Source: Chiloscyllium plagiosum (lineage: Eukaryota). Taken from it: DNA of 64,000 nt. Numbering within the stretch: the stretch's first letter is position 1; each line of letters begins with the position of its first letter. A model generated the notes under the pieces. It saw only the letters and a list, made by a program, of their open reading frames with translations, was not told the origin of the DNA and did no database searches. Made by a program: the position numbers and the translations under genes. Below, piece after piece: positions 26,030 to 37,355 of this stretch. The stretch spans positions 18,197,325 through 18,261,324 of the forward strand of contig NC_057751.1 in the NCBI RefSeq assembly GCF_004010195.1. Reading direction: 5' to 3'.

Positions 26030-27470
26030 ACCCTCCATCCATCTCAGCAACACTATTCCATTTTCTTCCATATGTTTATCCAATGACTATTTGAATGTTC
26101 TTAAATTTGGCCATTCTACTTCGTTACAGGCAGTACATTCCATGCCCGCAGTACTCCCTGAGTAAAGAAACTACCTCTGATACATGTCCCATATCTATCT
26201 GCCCTTAATTTAAATCTATATCCCATCATGCTAGCCATCACCTTCCATGGAAAAAAGGCTCTCACTGTCCACCCGATCTCACCCTCTTATCCTATATGTC
26301 TCAATTAAGGCACTTCTCAACCTTCGCTCTAATGAAAACAGACTCATGTCCATCAACTTTTCCTTGTAAGACCATCCTTCCATACTAGGCAAGATGCAAC
26401 TAAATTTCGTCTGAATTCTTTCCAATGATTCCACACCCTCCCGATAATACAGTGAACAGAATTCTATGCAATACTCCAAGTGCAGCCGCACCAGAGTTTG
26501 GTATAGCTGCCGCATCGTTTTGAAATTCATTCCCTCTACTAACAAAAGCTAACTATGCCTTCTTAAGAACACTAATAATCTGAGTGGCAACTTTCAGGGA
26601 TCTATGCACATAGACACCGAGATCGCTCTGCTCATCTGCACTATCAAGAATCTTACCATTAGCCCAGTACACTGCATTCCTGTTACTTCTTCCAAAGTGA
26701 GTTATCTCACACTTTTCCGCATTAAACACCATTTTCCAACTGTCAGCACAGCTCTGCAGCTTATCTGTGTCCCTCTGGATCCTGCAACATAATACCGCAC
26801 TGTCCACAACTCTACTGACCTTAATGACATTTGCAAATTTACTAGCCCATCCTTCTACACACTCACCCAGTTCGTTTATAAAATTGACAAACAGTAGTGG
26901 ACCCAAAACAAATCCTTGCGGTAAACCACGAGTACTAAACTCCAGGATGATTATTTCCCATCAAACGCCACTCTCGACTCTGTTTCAGCTGGTCAATTTC
27001 TGATCTATGCCACTAAATCATCCACAATCCCATGCCTTCGTAATTTTTGCAATAATCTCCTTCGGGGAACCTGTTCGAACGCCTTACTCAAATCTATATC
27101 CATCTCATCAAGCGCTTTGTCCTCATCCACCAGTTTCATCACCTTCTCAAAGAACTCAATAATGTTTGTAAGCCACGACTTCCCCTTCACAATACCGTGT
27201 TGACAATCCCTAATCAACTTAATCCTTTCTGAATGATTGTAAACTTTATCTATTATAACCCATTACAACACTTTACCCACAACTGAAAAAAGACTCAATA
27301 AACTATATTTACTAGGGTTGTATCTATTCTCTTTCTTGAACAAGGCAACAACATTTGCTGTCCTACAGTCTTCTGGCACTATTCCTGTAAGCAATGACGA
27401 CATAAATAACAAAGCCAAAGGTTCTGAGATCTCCTTTCTGGTTACCCAGAAAATCATAGGATAAATTACA
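26030..27470 (-). mobile_element. CR1 LINE RT and 3' region
   Basis: IVPEDCRTANVVALFKK, QHGIVKGKSWLTNIIEFFE, GPLLFVNFINEL..SKFANV and LYQTLVRLHLEYCIEF. Confidence 0.9.
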
Positions 27471-27796
27471 ATGTCAAATGCAAAAGTTTTGAGAAACTGG
27501 CTGGAACACTGAAGATAATACTTCTCCTAAGAATGGACCCTGTAACACAGTGGTACATGAATTATGAGCCACAATAAGCCATTGAGCCTTGAAGAGTTGC
27601 TGCAGTGAAAATTGCAAATGGCCTGCAGACTGAACGTGTAGTGTTTTATCGTGGTTCCAGTTTTGTGAGTAATTTTGTTCTGGATATAATCCACATTAAT
27701 CCAGGAGTGTTCGGTAATTATTAAGGGCAATCAAACTCTTCCAGCCCCAAATTGACCAGAAAATATTGGATGTTCAAAGTTGGCGCACAAACATAT

Positions 27797-27925
27797 GGGC
27801 AGCATAGTATCTCAGTAGTTAGCACAGTTTCCTCGCACTGCTAGGGAACGGGCTTCGACTTCAGACTTGCCCGACTGTCTGCGTGGTGTTTGTGCATTCT
27901 CTCCGTGTCTTTCCTCCAAGCACTC
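27797..27925 (+). mobile_element. HE1-type SINE head fragment, degenerate
   Basis: GGGCAGCATAGTATCTCAGTAGTTAGCACAG ... GACTGTCTGCGTGGTGTTTGTGCATTCTCTCCGTGTCT. Confidence 0.65.
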
Positions 27926-27944
27926 TTTTTTTTCTTTCCACACA

Positions 27945-30020
27945 TTCACAAAGGTAACATGAGTGTACTTAAGAGGGAAATCAGGCGGGCAAAAAGAGGA
28001 CATGAAATATCTTTGGCAAATAGGGTTAAGGAGAATCCAAAGGGTTTTTACAAATGCATTAAGGACGAAAAGGTAACTATGGCCGCTGAAAGATCAGCAA
28101 GGACGCCTTTGTATGGTGCCGCAGAAGAAGGGGGTCGGGGATACTGGGCGTGTATCTTGCATCAGTGTTTACTGTGCAGAAAGACATGGAAGATAAAGCA
28201 TGTCGGGAAATGGATGGTGATATCTTGAAAAAATGTCCATATTTAAGAGGACGAGGTGCTGGAAACACGTGAACTTTGATAAATTCTCAGAATATGATCA
28301 GGGTAAACCCGAGAATCTGGAAAACTAGGGAAGTGATTTCTGGGCCTCTTACTGAGATATTTGTATTATTGATCGTCACATGTGAGTTACCGGATGACTG
28401 GAGATTGCTAAACATGCTGCCACCATTTAACATAGGTGGTATGGACATGCCAGAGAACTAAAGACCGGTGAGCCTGACGTTGATTGGTGGGTAAGTTGTT
28501 AGAGGGAATTCTGAGGGACAGAATTGACACGTATTTGGAAATGTGAGGACTAATTAATGATACTCAATATGACTTTGTTTGTGGGAAATCATGTCTGACG
28601 AAATTGTCTGAGTTTATTGAAGAAGTAACAAAGAGCTGAAAATGTGTTGCTGGAACAGCGCAGCAGGTCAGGCAGCATCCAGGGATCAGGAGAATCGACG
28701 TTTCGGGCATAAGCCCTTCTTCAGGGCTTATGCCCGAAACGTCGATTCCCCTGATCCCTGGATGCTGCAGATCTCCAGCATCTGCAGGCCTCACTTTCTC
28801 CTCGAAGTAACAAAGAGGACTGATGACAGCCGATATGTAGATGTGATCGATATGGATTTCAGTAAGACGTTCGAAATAGTTCCTTATTGGGATACAGGTT
28901 AGCAAGGTTACATCACATCCAATATAAGGATAATTAGTCATATGGATACAGAACCGACTCGAAGGTAGAAAACAGAAGACCATGGTGTGTGGTCGTTTTT
29001 CAGACTGTAGGCCTGTGACCAGTGGAGTGCCACAAGGTTCGGTGCTAGGTCCACTACTTTTCATCGTTTAAAAAATTATTTGCCTGCGAACATAGGAGGT
29101 ATAGTGAGCAAGTTCGTAGATGAGGTGCAATGGACAGCGAAGAAGGTTATCTCAGATTACAACGCGATCTTGATCAGATAGGACAATGGACTGAGGAGTA
29201 GCAGATGACATTTGCTTTCATTAAATGTGAGGTGCAGCGTTTTGCAAAAGCAAATCAGAGCAGGACCTATTCACATAATGGTAAGGTCCTACGGAGTGTT
29301 GCCAGACAAAGAGACAAAGAGACTTTCATAGCTCCTTAAAAATGGAATCGCGAGCAGATAGGGGACTGAGGAAGGAGTTTAGTGTGCTTTCCCTTTTTGG
29401 TCAGAGTATTGAGTACAGGACTTGGGAGGTCATGTGCGGATGTACCCAGGACGTTTGTTCTGCCATTTGTGGAATATTGCATGCAATTCTGGTCTTCTTC
29501 CTATCGGAAAGATGTTGTGAAACTTGAACGGGTTAAGAAAAGAGTTACAAGGATGTTTTCAGTGTTGGAGGATTTGAACTGCCGGGAGAAGTTGAATAGT
29601 TTGGGGTGTTTTCCCTGGAACGTCGGAGGCTGAGGGGTGACCTTATAAAGGTTAATAAAATGATGAGGGGAATAGACAGGGTAAAACAAAAACAAAGTCT
29701 GTTCCCTGGAGTGGGGGAATTCAAGAACAAGAGTTTATGGGTTTAGGGTGAGAGGGAAAAGATTTAGAAGAGCCCTAATAACATTTTGACGCAAAGGGTG
29801 GAAAACGTATGGAATAAGTTGCTAGAAGAAGTGGTGGAGGGTAGTACCTTTGCAAAATTTAGAAGGCATCTGGATGGGTAGATATATCAGAAGGGTTTGG
29901 AGGGATATGGGCAATGTGCTGCAAAATAAGACTACATTGTGTTAGGATATCTGGTAAGCATGCACAAGTTGGACCGAAAGGTTTGTTTCCGTGCTGTACA
30001 TTTCTATTACTCTATGACTC
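27945..30020 (+). mobile_element. CR1 LINE (tether, RT, 3' tail) containing a Penelope-derived insert
   Basis: LKREIRRAKRGHEISLANRVKENPKGFY, VDVIDMDFSKTFE, SGVPQGSVLGPLLF and EYCMQFWS; tail CTCTATGACT. Confidence 0.92.
28636..28803 (-). mobile_element. 168-bp Penelope-derived palindromic insert carrying a hammerhead core, 14-bp TSD
   Basis: Flanked by GAAGTAACAAAGAG at 28622-28635 and 28804-28817. Contains 46-bp inverted arms (28672-28717 / 28723-28768). The minus strand reads CTGAAGA-A-GGGC-TTAT-GCCC-GAAAC-GTC. Confidence 0.88.
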
Positions 30021-30428
30021 GATAACAGAGAGCAAGTCAGAGGGGACCTGTAGAGAAAGAAGCAACTGCCTATTTTATTTAAATTCCTGCATCTCCTACC
30101 CATTCATACATCAGTTTAGATACATCTTAAATGATGCTATCGTTCCTGCGTCTACCACCAACGCTGGCAAAGCATTTCAGACACCCACCACCCTCTCCGT
30201 ATATCCCCGCTAAACTTCTCCCCTCTCATTTTGACCTGGTGACCATTAGTAATTGACTCCTTCACTCTGGCAAAAAAGTTTCTTGCTATCCACCCTGAGT
30301 ATACCTCTCATGATTTTGTAGGCCTCAATCAGATCCCCAACAACCTTCCTGTTTCCAAACGAAATAATCCATTCTACTCAATTTCCCCTCATACCACACA
30401 CCCTCCGTACCAGGTAACATTCTGGTGA

Positions 30429-30527
30429 GGAAGGCCATTCCTGAAGAAGGGCCTGTGCCCGAAACGTCGAATCTCCTGTTCCCTGGATGCTGCCTGACCT
30501 GCTGTGCTGTTCCAGCAATAAAGTTTC
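30429..30527 (+). mobile_element. 99-bp Penelope-derived insert with an intact hammerhead motif, 13-bp TSD
   Basis: AACATTCTGGTGA at 30416-30428 and 30528-30540. Removing the insert and one TSD restores the CR1 frame (RRFTRML|PG). Confidence 0.9.
30437..30472 (+). ncRNA. Minimal type-I hammerhead ribozyme motif
   Basis: ATTC-CTGAAGA-A-GGGC-CTGT-GCCC-GAAAC-GTC^GAAT: CUGANGA and GAAA boxes, a 4-bp stem II, a palindromic ACGU stem III, a GUC cleavage triplet and stem I ATTC/GAAT. Confidence 0.75.
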
Positions 30528-31222
30528 AACATTCTGGTGAACCTCCTCCACACCCTCCACAATGCATCCACCTCCTTTTTGTAATGTGGCGACCAGAACT
30601 GTACGCAGAAAAGTGACCGAGCCAAACTCTCATACAACTGTAACATGACTTGCCAACATTTTTCCTCAATACCTCGTCCGATGAAGGAAAGCATGCTGTA
30701 TGCCTTCTTGTCAACTCTAATGACCTGCGTTGCCACATTCAGGAACAATGGACCTGAAGATCCAGATCTCTGTGTATATCAATCTTCTCCATGATCTCTC
30801 CATTTCACTGTTATCGCTCTGTAATTGCATCTTGCACAGTGCGTCACCTCACATTCATCCGGATTGAACGCCATCACGATTTGTCTGCACAACTCTTCAA
30901 TCTATCGATATTCTGCTGGATTCACTGACAGCCTCCGTCACTCCAACAATCTTAGTCTCTTCTGCAAATTTGTGAATAAGGCAACCTACACCTTCTTCCT
31001 ATTCATTTATGTATATCACAAACAACAGTGGTCCCAGCACAGATCCCTGTGGAACATCACTGGTTGCAAGACTCCATTTTGAGACGACCTCTTCCAATAC
31101 TACTTACTGTCTCCTTTTGCCCAACCAGTTCTCTATCTATCGCGCTGGAACACTCTGGACCCCATGCAAATTCACCTTCTTCATCAGCCTACCATTGGGA
31201 ACCTTATCAAATGGACTACTGA

Positions 31223-32353
31223 TTAACAAGCTTAGATCTCATGGAAAACAGGGAGATCTAGCTATTTGCATACAGAACTGGCTCAAAGGTAGAAGACGCA
31301 GGGTGGTGGTGGAGGGTTGTTTTCATACTGGAGGTCTGTGACCAGTGGAGTGCCACAATGATTGGTGCTGGGTCCTCTACTTTTTGTCATTTACATAAAT
31401 GATTTGGATGCGAGCATAAGAGGTACAGTTAGTAAGTTTGCAGATGACAGCAAAATTGGAGGTGAAATGGACAGCGAAGAAGGTTCCCTCAGATTACAAC
31501 AGGATCTGGATCAGATGGGCCAATGGGTTGAGAAGTGGCAGATGGAGTTTAATTCAGATAAATGCGAGGTGCTGCATTTTGGGAAAGCAAATCTTAGCAG
31601 AATTTATACACGTAATGGTAAGGTCCTGGGAAGTGTTGCTGAACAAAGAGAACTTGGACTGCAGGTTTATCGCTCCTTGGAAGTGGATTCGCAGGTAGAT
31701 AGGATAGTGAAGAAGGCGTTTGGTATGCTTTCCTTTATTGTTCAGAGTATTGAGTACAGGAGTTGACAGGTCATGTTGCAGCTGTACAGGACATTGGTTA
31801 AGCCACTGTTTGAATATTGCGTGCAATTCTGGTCTCCTTCCTTTCAGAAAAATGTTGTGAAACTTCAAAAGGTTCAGAAAAGATTTACGAGGATATTGCT
31901 AGGGTTGGAGGATTTGAGCTACAGGGAGAGGTTTAACAGGCTGGGGCTGTTTTCCCTGGAGCGTTGAAGGCTGAGGGGCGACCTTATAGCGGTTTGCAAA
32001 ATTATGAGGGTAGGTTAAATAGGCAAAGTCTTTTCCCTGGGTTTGGGGAGTCCAGGACTAGAAGGCATAGGTTTAGGGTGAGAGGGAAAAGATTTTAAAG
32101 AGACCTAAGGAACAGCTTTTTCGCGCAGAGGGTGGTACGTGTATGGAATGAGCTGCCGGAGGAAGTAGTGGAGGCTGGTACAATTGCAACATTGAAGAGG
32201 CATTTGGATGAGTATATGAATAGGAAGAGTTTGGAGGGATATGGGTCAGTTGCTAGCAGATGGGACTAGATTGGGTTGGTATATCTGGTCGCCATGGACG
32301 GGTTGGACCAATGGGTCTGTTTCCATGCTGTACATCTCTATGACTTTATGACT
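31223..32353 (+). mobile_element. Well-preserved 5'-truncated CR1 (RT C-terminal half + tail) nested antisense in another CR1
   Basis: VLGPLLFVIYINDLD..VSKFADDSKIGG and LYRTLVKPLFEYCVQFWSP; tail CTCTATGACTTTATGACT. Confidence 0.95.
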
Positions 32354-32514
32354 GTCTGACCCTAAATGCTTTGCTAAAGTCCATACATATGACATCTACA
32401 TCCACTCCTTCATTAATCAACTTTGTCACCTAATCAAAGAATTCTATTAGGTTTGTATGACATGACCTTCCCTGCACAAAACCATGCTGTCTATCACCGA
32501 TAAGCTCATTTTTG

Positions 32515-32517
<3 letters not shown>

Positions 32518-32571
<54 letters not shown>
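32518..32571. repeat. (GT)n microsatellite
   Basis: Perfect GT run of about 27 units. Confidence 0.98.
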
Positions 32572-32573
<2 letters not shown>

Positions 32574-32599
32574 TATTGCTTAGTATATTCTGCAGTTGC

Positions 32600-32690
32600 T
32601 CCAGTCCCGATGACGGGTTTTTGCCCAAAACGTCGACTTTCCTGCTCTTCGGATGCTGACTGACCGGCTGTGATTCTCCAGCACTACCCC
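32600..32690 (+). mobile_element. Penelope-derived short element with a mutated hammerhead core
   Basis: AGTC-CCGATGA-C-GGGT-TTTT-GCCC-AAAAC-GTC-GACT followed by the same CCTGCTC..GGATGCTG..TGACC..CTG..TCCAGCA tail as 30429-30527. Confidence 0.75.
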
Positions 32691-34199
32691 TCCTCTCTCA
32701 GTTCCGCTGACGACAGGCTCACAGGTCTGTAATTACCTGGATTATCACTGCTTCCCTTCTTTAACAAGGGGACAACATTAGCAATTCTCCAGACTCTGTT
32801 TTCAAGGATGCTGCAAATATATCTGTTAAAGCTCAACTATTTCCTCTCCTGCTTTCCTTATTCACCTGGGATAGATCACATCTGGAACTCGCCACCACGT
32901 CTTTTCAAACTGTACCTCCTCGTGGCGTTATTTCTTCTTCATTATTGAAAGTGAAAATGTCAGAAACATGAAATAAAAACAAAAATTACGAAAACACTCA
33001 TAAATTCAGAAAATACCCGAAGACAGAGTGCAGAGGTGTCCCTTCAGTATCTGCTCCACCAATCAAAACCTGAAACTGTGGAGGAATTTAAGGAATAAAA
33101 TTACTGCTGATAAAAGATTATTGTTTAACATTATTGCAAATTGAATGTAGAACAGGACAAGAAGTCTAGTGGACTGTGGTAAATAGAAAGGACAAGAACA
33201 AAGATGCTCACAGAAATGGTAGAACAGGAAACAATTACTGAAAGGATTTGTTGAATATGATAATGACCAATAATCCAAATTTATCCCCAGTTCCCTATCT
33301 CCCCCACCGTGTCCTTTGCTTCCTTCAGTAGCTGGCAATACTCCTGCCTCCTTCGTGAAAACAATCAATGTACTGACCTCAGGTACTTAATCTGGTAGAG
33401 AATTCTATAGCCTCATCATTCACTGGGTGAATGTCATCTGTTTAGCCCTGATTGCACACTCCAAATCCTTAATCTCTAATTCCATAGTCCTGAGCTCTAG
33501 TCATCAGGAACATCCTTCGGATATTTAGCCTATCTAGTTCTATGCGTATTGAAAGGAAGCAAACTCAAAAAAAGATAGAGTCTATAGGCAATTAAGCAGG
33601 AGTGTTTGTATGTGATAGTGACAAAGACTCAATGAAAGTAGAAGTGAGTGATTGTGAGGAACTGAGAATATACGTTTGAGTGGAAATGTTGGGAGAACAA
33701 GACTGCAAGTAATTGCGAGAAAAAAAGTTTGTGACAGTGTGAAACGTCAGTGATTGCAGGAGAGAAAAAAATGTGTGACAGCTTTTGTGAGTGTGCAAAT
33801 ATACGCGACTGTGTTCCACTGTATCTACTTTCTGCGCTTGTTCTCTGAAAGAAAGTTTTAATAACTTCGAGGGAACTGCATAATTTGTGCGAAGAAAAAT
33901 TGCAGTTATTGGCATGGGACTAATTGTTAGGACTCGCTAGATGAATATACACACTGACGCCAGCACTTCGGGTATCTGCCCTTGAAGTAGTTGATTGGAG
34001 AGTACAGCAAAGACTGATTCCTGGCAATATTGGGTGCCGCACTTGGCCTGTCAGATTTTAATGGGTAATGGAGTAATGTTTTAAATGATTACCCATTGGT
34101 TTGATTGTCCCAGGAATGTCTCATATGCCACTTTGACTATTAAAACTGCGTTCACACATCCTGGGAATACATGACCCAGAAAAGGGGCATGCTTAAATC

Positions 34200-35620
34200 T
34201 TTACTTTGGCCGGGGTCTGATTCTTTTTCGAGATATTTTCCAAAAAATGCACATGTAGCTTCACTTTGTATCGCATCCAGTTTTCTTTTTCACTCCGAGA
34301 AACGCATGGTGCAGACAGTGTAGTGGAAATGTTCGTGTTTGTCTAGTCCAGTGCTGCACGATTTCTGGGACTGTTTGATGGGGCTCGTTTAGATGGAGTT
34401 TCCGTCCATCTCTTACGTCATGTTGGATCTGTCTTGGAAGTGTTCGATGAGAACAGTGTTATGGCAAACGTACTCTGTACCTAAATCCATGCTATGCACG
34501 AACTGTGAGAATTCGACAGGAATTCTTCAGAAGAAGTCTCCTATTGTATATAAATCCATGCTATCCTGTCCCATGCATATTTTCTGTGGAGAGATGAATT
34601 TATTGATATTTTAAATGATTGAAGGCAGCTGTGCTCCCTCTCTAACCCAATGTTTACCCTGTCCTGAAAGCTTTAGGTGTGACATTGTGGAGGTAGCTTT
34701 ATTCTGTTTTGTATATAACTCCACGATGTATCTGCAAACAGTGTCTTGGGCACAGTGCAGATGTAGATTTACTTTCTGATTACAAGTGGAGATGAGAAGC
34801 TTACACTTTATATGATCTGTTTTTGCCCATTGACTGTTTAATCAGATCACTGTAGCATCAGAACAGTTCTATATCGGACTCTGTATTGTACATGTTCTGG
34901 GAGTGTTTAATGTGACCTATCTATCGGAACCATTTCTTGATTCAGTCATTCCAACAAGGATAGTGTCACGGGCCAGGACATTATTTATTGCTCATTCCTC
35001 CTTGGTCAACGGGCTCTTTGATAGTCAACCATTTTTCTTTTGGTCCAGAATCACATGCAGGCCATACATGATAAGGATGGAAGTTTCCTTCCTGACAAAA
35101 CAAATGGTTATGTCCAAAAATCAACAACGGATGCAGAGTTATCATTGGACATTAATTCGGGATTAATATTGAATTCACATTCCACAATCTGTTGTGGCAG
35201 GATTTGAACCTTGCTCTCGTGATATTACCTAGCTATCTACATAAATACTCTCGCGATCATACCACTAGGCTCTGTCTATCTTGCATCGAAACGCTGCATC
35301 TTCCCTGGGCGTAGTGGCAGTGCAGAGGTTTCCAAATTTAACTTTAAGGAATATCTAAGTTAGTGCTATGTCTTCCACTGGACTGTTTGATGCGGACATT
35401 GCAGAATGAGTTTGACTTTCTCCTTAAACGTTTACATGCAACCTTACTCTGCTACTAGCCCAGTGCTGTAAAATTCCTGAGAGAGATGGTTGCAGACAGT
35501 GCTGAGAGAATATTTCCATATATTGAATCACGTCCTTTTCCTATTCTGGCAATATAGGATACTGACAGTGCAGAGAATTTTATTATGCATCTAACACCCT
35601 GTTGTGACTGCCTTGTAATT
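34200..35620. repeat. Highly degenerate tandem repeat, period about 69 bp (interrupted by a SINE)
   Basis: TAAATCCATGCTAT at 34482 and 34551; CTGGGA/TTGGAA + GTGTTYGATG-like at 34365 and 34434; GACAGTGC at 35495 and 35564. All three pairs are 69 bp apart. Confidence 0.7.
34970..35270 (-). mobile_element. Second (non-HE1) tRNA-derived SINE family, degenerate
   Basis: The reverse complement starts GCCTAGTGGTATGATCGC, has the B box GGTTCAAATCC, and ends GCAATAAATAATGTCCTGGCC, similar to the 3' end of the LINE at 50480-51200. Confidence 0.6.
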
Positions 35621-35640
35621 TTTTTGGTGGTGTTCGGTGT

Positions 35641-36031
35641 ACACAATATGAAAATGTTTTAACGACAATACGCCCGTTCATTTTACTTACATTGCTGAAC
35701 ACAATGACAATAAGACACATTTTAAACTCCAGTCATGTCTGGAAACAATAAAAGGGCCAGAGGAATGAACAGAAAGGCAGGGACAAATAATTAGAGAGTA
35801 GAAGAGAGTGTGCAATTTTACTTTTCAACATATCCACCGGTTTCATACATCTGTGGGTGTGGTATCTCTTAAGTTATCTAAACGTTGATTGTCTATTGGA
35901 TATTGATAGCTTACAGTTGTTGTGTCATGTTTCAAGATTTGAGTTGCGGTATGTATACCATTATTTATGTAGCGACTCTGTCCAAGCTCAGATAACAGTT
36001 CAGGAATGTAGCAATATCTCTTTTTATGTAA
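35641..36031 (+). pseudogene. TM5-TM7 fragment of a GPR139-like GPCR pseudogene
   Basis: Translates TQYENVLTTIRPFILLTLLNTMTIRHILNSSHVWKQ*KGQRNEQKGRDK*LESRRECAILLFNISTGFIHLWVWYLLSYLNVDCLLD, then after a frameshift LSCGMYTIIYVATLSKLR*QFRNVAISLFM*. This aligns with the intact gene (PFILILFFNTLTVKHIF; SISGSFIFLWLWYMLSY; TIVYVAILSKFRE). Internal stops at 35749, 35788 and 35993. Confidence 0.88.
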
Positions 36032-37059
36032 ATTAACCTGTTTATAAATACACAAAGGAACTGAAACCATCTAAGAGCCAAAAGGTAATAAACAACATGT
36101 GACATTGGAAGACTTAAGGATAAGCTATCTGTAGTAGTAAATTGATGGTGATGAACAATTAGCAATAGGTGAAGATCAGGCGGAGAATTTCTTGCTAGAA
36201 TTAAACTAGCACCAGGACAGTGGTATAACGAAACAGTGCTAAATGGATCAAGGTAAAGTCCTGACATCTGAATGATCTCTGTGTTTGTTCGGGAGAGTTG
36301 TCAATCACTGCAAAGAACAATGAATATTGGACAATAGCTGGCCTTCAAAGAAAAGATGTAATAGAAACAGGACGAGAGTGAAAGTGTTGCACGATTAGAA
36401 AGGAAACAGACGACACAGTGTCTTATCCAACTTGGCTGGCAAGATTCGCAGATTCTCACATTTGGTCAGAAATGCAAACAACATTCCTCCTAAACAAAGC
36501 CTGTACATTCTGGGCTCTTACACAGTACATCCATTATATTAACAGACATTAGATATGTAAATAAATGGAAAAAGATTCCGGGTTGGTTCCATCATTTTCT
36601 GCTAGTCATTAGACTGTCACCTGAATACAACACAGATTGGGATTATGGACCATGTCCAGGCAAATGTGATTATTTCGAACTATGCTATGGTTGGCACAGA
36701 AAAGGTGAGGCGAAGAGCTGATCATATTCTCTACTTTTATACTTAATGTGCCATCTCCGATTCTATGCATGGAAACCCCGGGTTCTGAGCATTCTTGCAC
36801 ATCTGGAGAGTTCAGTGTTTGAGTTTGGGTCGGATAGCGGCTGGGGGAGGAATGAAGTGGATTTCTGTCGAGGACAATAAGGCTGAAATACGTTTACCCT
36901 CAGTTATATCAAGCCATAAACATTCAAAATCTCCGAACAAATGATCTCAGAATGAAATTCTTCATTTGCAGCATACCATAATTTGCCTTAAGGAGAGCTT
37001 CAAGCATTGCTTCTTCATATTAGCATTGTGTAGTTTATTGTGAATGGTGTTGATGTTGA

Positions 37060-37355
37060 GGCTGGCATATATTACCTATCCTTAATAATCCTGCTGGCAC
37101 TTAAGAATTAGCCACGTTGCTATTGTTTTCTGTTATCTAAGTTGAAAAAAAGTTTTTTTCACTTTACGGACACCAATGCACCAGACTTTTGTGTACACGA
37201 ATTCTGATGGTGGCCATTGGAATTGCTATTAAATTCCAGACATCTTATTTATTGATTTTTAATTTCACCCCTTGCAAAGGTGGTATTCAAACCCATTTCC
37301 CCAAAATATTGGCCCGCACTTCAGGATAAGTAGCCCAGTGACTTCGCCAATGTAC
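37060..37355 (-). mobile_element. Older copy of the same non-HE1 SINE family
   Basis: The reverse complement has the B-box-like GGGTTTGAATACC and internal similarity (TCTGGAATTTAATAGC) to 34970-35270. Confidence 0.5.

Larger units (their letters stand above)
30090..31222 (-). mobile_element. CR1 LINE RT/3' part, continuing at about 32356-32900 after a nested CR1
   Basis: VATQVIRVDKKAYSMLSFIGRGIE..CVQFWSPHYKK. The KAFDKVP coding region is split between about 31200 and about 32370. Confidence 0.88.

Noticed and set aside
34010..34070. FLAILGAALG followed by GGTAATG as exon 1 of the 35.6-kb relic
   Set aside because: There is no start codon or clear GxP motif at the donor, so support is insufficient.
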